A stretch of 64,000 nt of DNA from the human T2T-CHM13v2.0 reference genome, Homo sapiens. The position numbers and the translations under genes were made by a program. The stretch lies in NCBI RefSeq assembly GCF_009914755.1, contig NC_060926.1; one strand, given 5' to 3'. The notes beneath the pieces are model-generated. The model was not told the DNA's origin. It did not search any database and saw only the letters and a program-made list of their open reading frames with translations. This document shows positions 60,174 to 64,000 of this stretch, one piece after another. Position 1 is the first letter of the stretch; every line of letters begins with the position of its first letter.

Positions 60174-60889
60174 TGACTTTAAACAAGATTTTTTTTTCCT
60201 TCTAAACAATGGACAGGTAGTATGAAACTCCCCACCGCCCCCGACACACACTAGGAATGTAGAAGGTAGATGTGGGTATAAGTTAACTCCACTGAACTCA
60301 ATTTGCTCATCTGTAAAATGGAGGTAAATAATATTTGTTGAAGCCACATGAAATTGCCAGTGTTCAACTGTTTTGACCTACAATGATGGTCATTTCATTT
60401 GGGCAACCAAATCTTTACCTTGCAAGATGATTTATGTAAAGCACCAGGTCATTGACTATTGAGCACTCAACAAGTTGGAGGTCTCATGCCTGCAACAGGC
60501 CCCTTCTTTAGTGATCCCAGAGCTCTCTAAAGGCACTGGGAATCTCTGGCCAACTCATCCCCTGATAGTATAGAGTAAGGGAACAGTCTCAGGATCCAGT
60601 CCAATGCCACACACTAGCTGTGTGGCCTGGGGCAAGCGGTTTATCCTCACTGAGCCTCCATTCTTTCATTATTCAATGAGGATGATGTTACCTACTTTAA
60701 GTCTGCTTTGAGACAGATAGACAGTGTCTGTGAAGTTTGTAGCAAAGAGTCTTGACTCATAATGGGCACCCGATAAGTGTTCGTTTTCCCTTCCCTATAA
60801 GTGTAATCTTGGAGCCTCTAGGACAAAGTTGAGAACAGCCACTATGTTAATCCAAGATTCCAATTCCTATTTCCAAAAGCAAAATGCCT

Positions 60890-61201
60890 TTTATTTATTT
60901 ATTTACTTTTTTGAGACAATGTCTTACTCTGTCACCCAGATTGGAGTGCAATGGTGTGTGCGATCTCGGCTCACTGCAGCCTCAACCTCCTGGGCTCAAG
61001 CGATCCTCCCTTCTCAGCCTCCCGAGTAGCTAGGACTACAGGTATGCACCACCATACCTCGCTAATTTTTTTAAACTTTTTCATAGAGATGACATCTCAC
61101 TATGTTGCCCAGGCTGGTCTTGAATTCCTGAGCTCAAGCGATCCTCCTGCCTCAGCCTCCCAAAGTGTTGGGATTACAGGCATGAGCTATTGCACCTGAC
61201 C
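60890..61201 (-). mobile_element. AluJ
   Basis: Antisense Alu. Confidence 0.88.
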
Positions 61202-61732
61202 ACAAAAAAAAACTTTAAAAATAAACTCTTCTTCATACTTTTTTTTGCCAGTCTTAGAATCATATTTTCTGGAACAAGAAGAAACTTCGAGATAATTTCT
61301 TCAACCCCTTTATTTTATGAAAGAGATTAATGCCTAGAGTCACACAATGAGCTAGGGACAAATGAGGCCCCTCAAATCAGGACTCTTGACTTGTAGGCTA
61401 CAACTCTTCTTAATGGCACAAATGCCTTATTTGTTTTGAACTCTGCCTAGGGAACACAGAGAGCCTTGTAGGGATTTTAATAAATATTTGTATATATACC
61501 CCTAGGAGACAGGGGCTGATTTATTAAAGTTTTTTTTAATACTCTCAGCAGATATTGCTATATGGCGTTTAGCAGAGTGGGGCTACAAGATTAAAAAAAA
61601 AAATCAAAGAAAAATCATCAAAGAAGAGGAGAGGAAAATATTGTAGACACACATCGTACAAAGTTAGAGAAAAGAGAATGGGGAGTGTGAGAAGGTAGAG
61701 AAAAACAAACATTTGTAATAATTAAAATCCAG

Positions 61733-62023
61733 GGACCAGGTGCGGTGGCTCATGCCTGTAATCTCAGCACCTTGGGAGGCCGAGGCAGGTGGATCACTTG
61801 AGGTCAGGAGTTCGAGACCAGCCTGGTCATCATGGCAAAACCCCGTCTCTACGAAAAATGCAAAAATTAGCCAGGTACAGTGGCTCATGCCTGTAATCAT
61901 ACTCGGGAGGCTGAGGCTTGAGAATTGCTTGAACCTGGGAGGTGGAGGTTGCAGAGCCAAGACTGTATCACTGCACTGCAGCCTGGACAACATAGTGAGA
62001 CCCTGTCTCAAAAAAAAAAAAAA
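61733..62023 (+). mobile_element. AluS
   Basis: TSD aaaatccagg. Confidence 0.88.
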
Positions 62024-62160
62024 ATCCAGGCTATCATTAAAAAGTCTTAATTGATTGTATAACCATTTTCCTTGTGAAATCAGTTGTCTTTAAATATTGA
62101 AATATGGCATTTAGCTTGAGGATGGAGCAACTACACAACTTTGAAAACACTTTTTTCCAG

Positions 62161-62367
62161 GTGCTCTGGACCCCTCGGGTGCTGTCAAATGGCGTCCAGT
62201 TCTCGCGCATCAGTCCAGATGGTGAAGAAGGCTACCCCGGAGAGTTAAAAGTCTGGGTGACATACACCCTGGATGGCGGAGAGCTCATAGTCAACTACAG
62301 AGCACAAGCCAGTCAGGCCACACCAGTCAACCTGACCAACCATTCTTACTTCAACCTGGCAGGCCAG
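62161..62367 (+). CDS. GALM: GALM coding exon 3 (207 nt, codons 116-184); gene continues beyond window
   Basis: Acceptor ttttttccag|, donor CAG|gtaagt; encodes EGYPG and TPVNLTNHSYFNL (catalytic His176); cumulative 552 nt in frame. Confidence 0.98.
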
Positions 62368-63496
62368 GTAAGTGAACTTGTTTCTTCTTTCCTGCTTCGT
62401 GCTTTGTGGAATGTCCTGGGCTGTGGCTAGAGAGATCAGAGTAGTGTGGAATTGCTGTGGCAGTGAGGTCACCCTCATGATGATGAAAAGGGCCCAGCAG
62501 AGGGCTTATAGTAGGTGCTCAATAATTGAAAATTATAGAGAAAGACAGAATGATTACATTGTACTGCCAAGAGAAGTACCTGTTTCCCGTTTGCTTCAGA
62601 CAAGTAACTAGCTGTTTCAAGAACTCCCTCTCAGAATCTAATTGTAACATGTGCTTATATTTGCTTCCCTTATTCCACGTCTACTCCCTGCAAATTTGTT
62701 CCAATTAAGGTGCCTTCCACCCTTGGAGCTTTGGAAATGGGCATGGTCCAGCTCCTTTAGATATGCTGCCAATATGTGTGTGCTTCCCCTGTGAGCCTGC
62801 CAGCTCCTCCCAGGGGTTTGGGTGGGCCAGTCCTGCCCTGCGCAGTACCGTGGAAAGAGCACTGGACTTGGATTTAGAAGACCTGGTTTTTTTAGCTTAA
62901 TAAAGGCATATTCTCAATTTCATAGTAATAACACTACCTACTATTTGTCAGCTGCTGTTAGAAGCCCTTTATGAAGTTGTTGGTTAAGACACTAAAATCA
63001 ACCCAGCAGAGGGATAAACCCCAGTGGGGGACCACTTGAACTGCCCACATAAGAGTGGTGTAGAGCTGCTGACAACCCCCCTTAAGTGATCCCTTCTGAA
63101 CTACCTCATTCCCTCCTAAAGGTAACAGTTTAGCTCATTGAGGAGGATATCATATCAGACAGAATAAAAAGCTTAGCTAAACTCTGTAGATTATATCTAT
63201 TACTTCCTCTTTATCTGAAGAACTCATCATTGTCTACTATACTTGACTCACTTTGGCCTGATTTTCTACCGCAAGATGGTGTTCACAGTCAGCTAGTAAT
63301 ATCTCACCTTTTTATACTGTTTCAGGAGTTTGCTGATGATCTGCTGGATTCTGTTTTCTAGAATTTTCCCAAATTGCAGAGTTAATTGGTTCTTGTAAAA
63401 TTTCCAAAGTTCTCCCTTTAAAAAAGTTGACCCTTCACTTGCGGGTTCCTTATCCTCAGGAACTTTCACCATCCTTCTTGAAATCTTAAAAACAAG

Positions 63497-63858
<362 letters not shown>

Positions 63859-64000
63859 TTAAAATAAGTTCAGAAACAAACGACAGAAATAGAAGAAAGT
63901 ATTGTTTTATGTAGGTAAAAAACTCGGTGATAATTCTGTTTTTTACATTTTTTGCATACTTAGGACATCCTATTTAATAATAGGGAGGGGAGATCTAAAG

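Overview
This is primate, most likely human, genomic DNA. It is very rich in Alu, LTR and L1 repeats and contains the 5' part of GALM (galactose mutarotase/aldose 1-epimerase) on the + strand. Coding exons 1-3 lie at 47041-47230, 56791-56945 and 62161-62367; they give codons 1-184 in frame with canonical GT-AG sites and include His107 and His176. The upstream ~46 kb is intergenic, and almost all listed ORFs are chance translations of Alu, LTR or low-complexity sequence. I found no convincing new gene system. The most unusual structures are: (1) a ~560 bp ancient inverted duplication (1041-1605 / 8244-8805) copying a composite L1-linker-MLT1 segment around a 6.6 kb spacer; (2) a rare SVA2-like 3' fragment inserted into an Alu's target-site duplication (TSD); (3) a three-Alu array with a chimeric middle copy, the signature of unequal crossover; (4) fold-back or inverted Alu fusions; (5) a sense intronic LTR15-like element lacking its poly(A) signal; (6) inverted Alus flanking GALM exon 2, a circRNA candidate; (7) a young AluYd8-like insertion and a solo LTR12. 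Repeat family names come from my memory of consensus sequences and need RepeatMasker/Dfam confirmation. Repeat boundaries are approximate.
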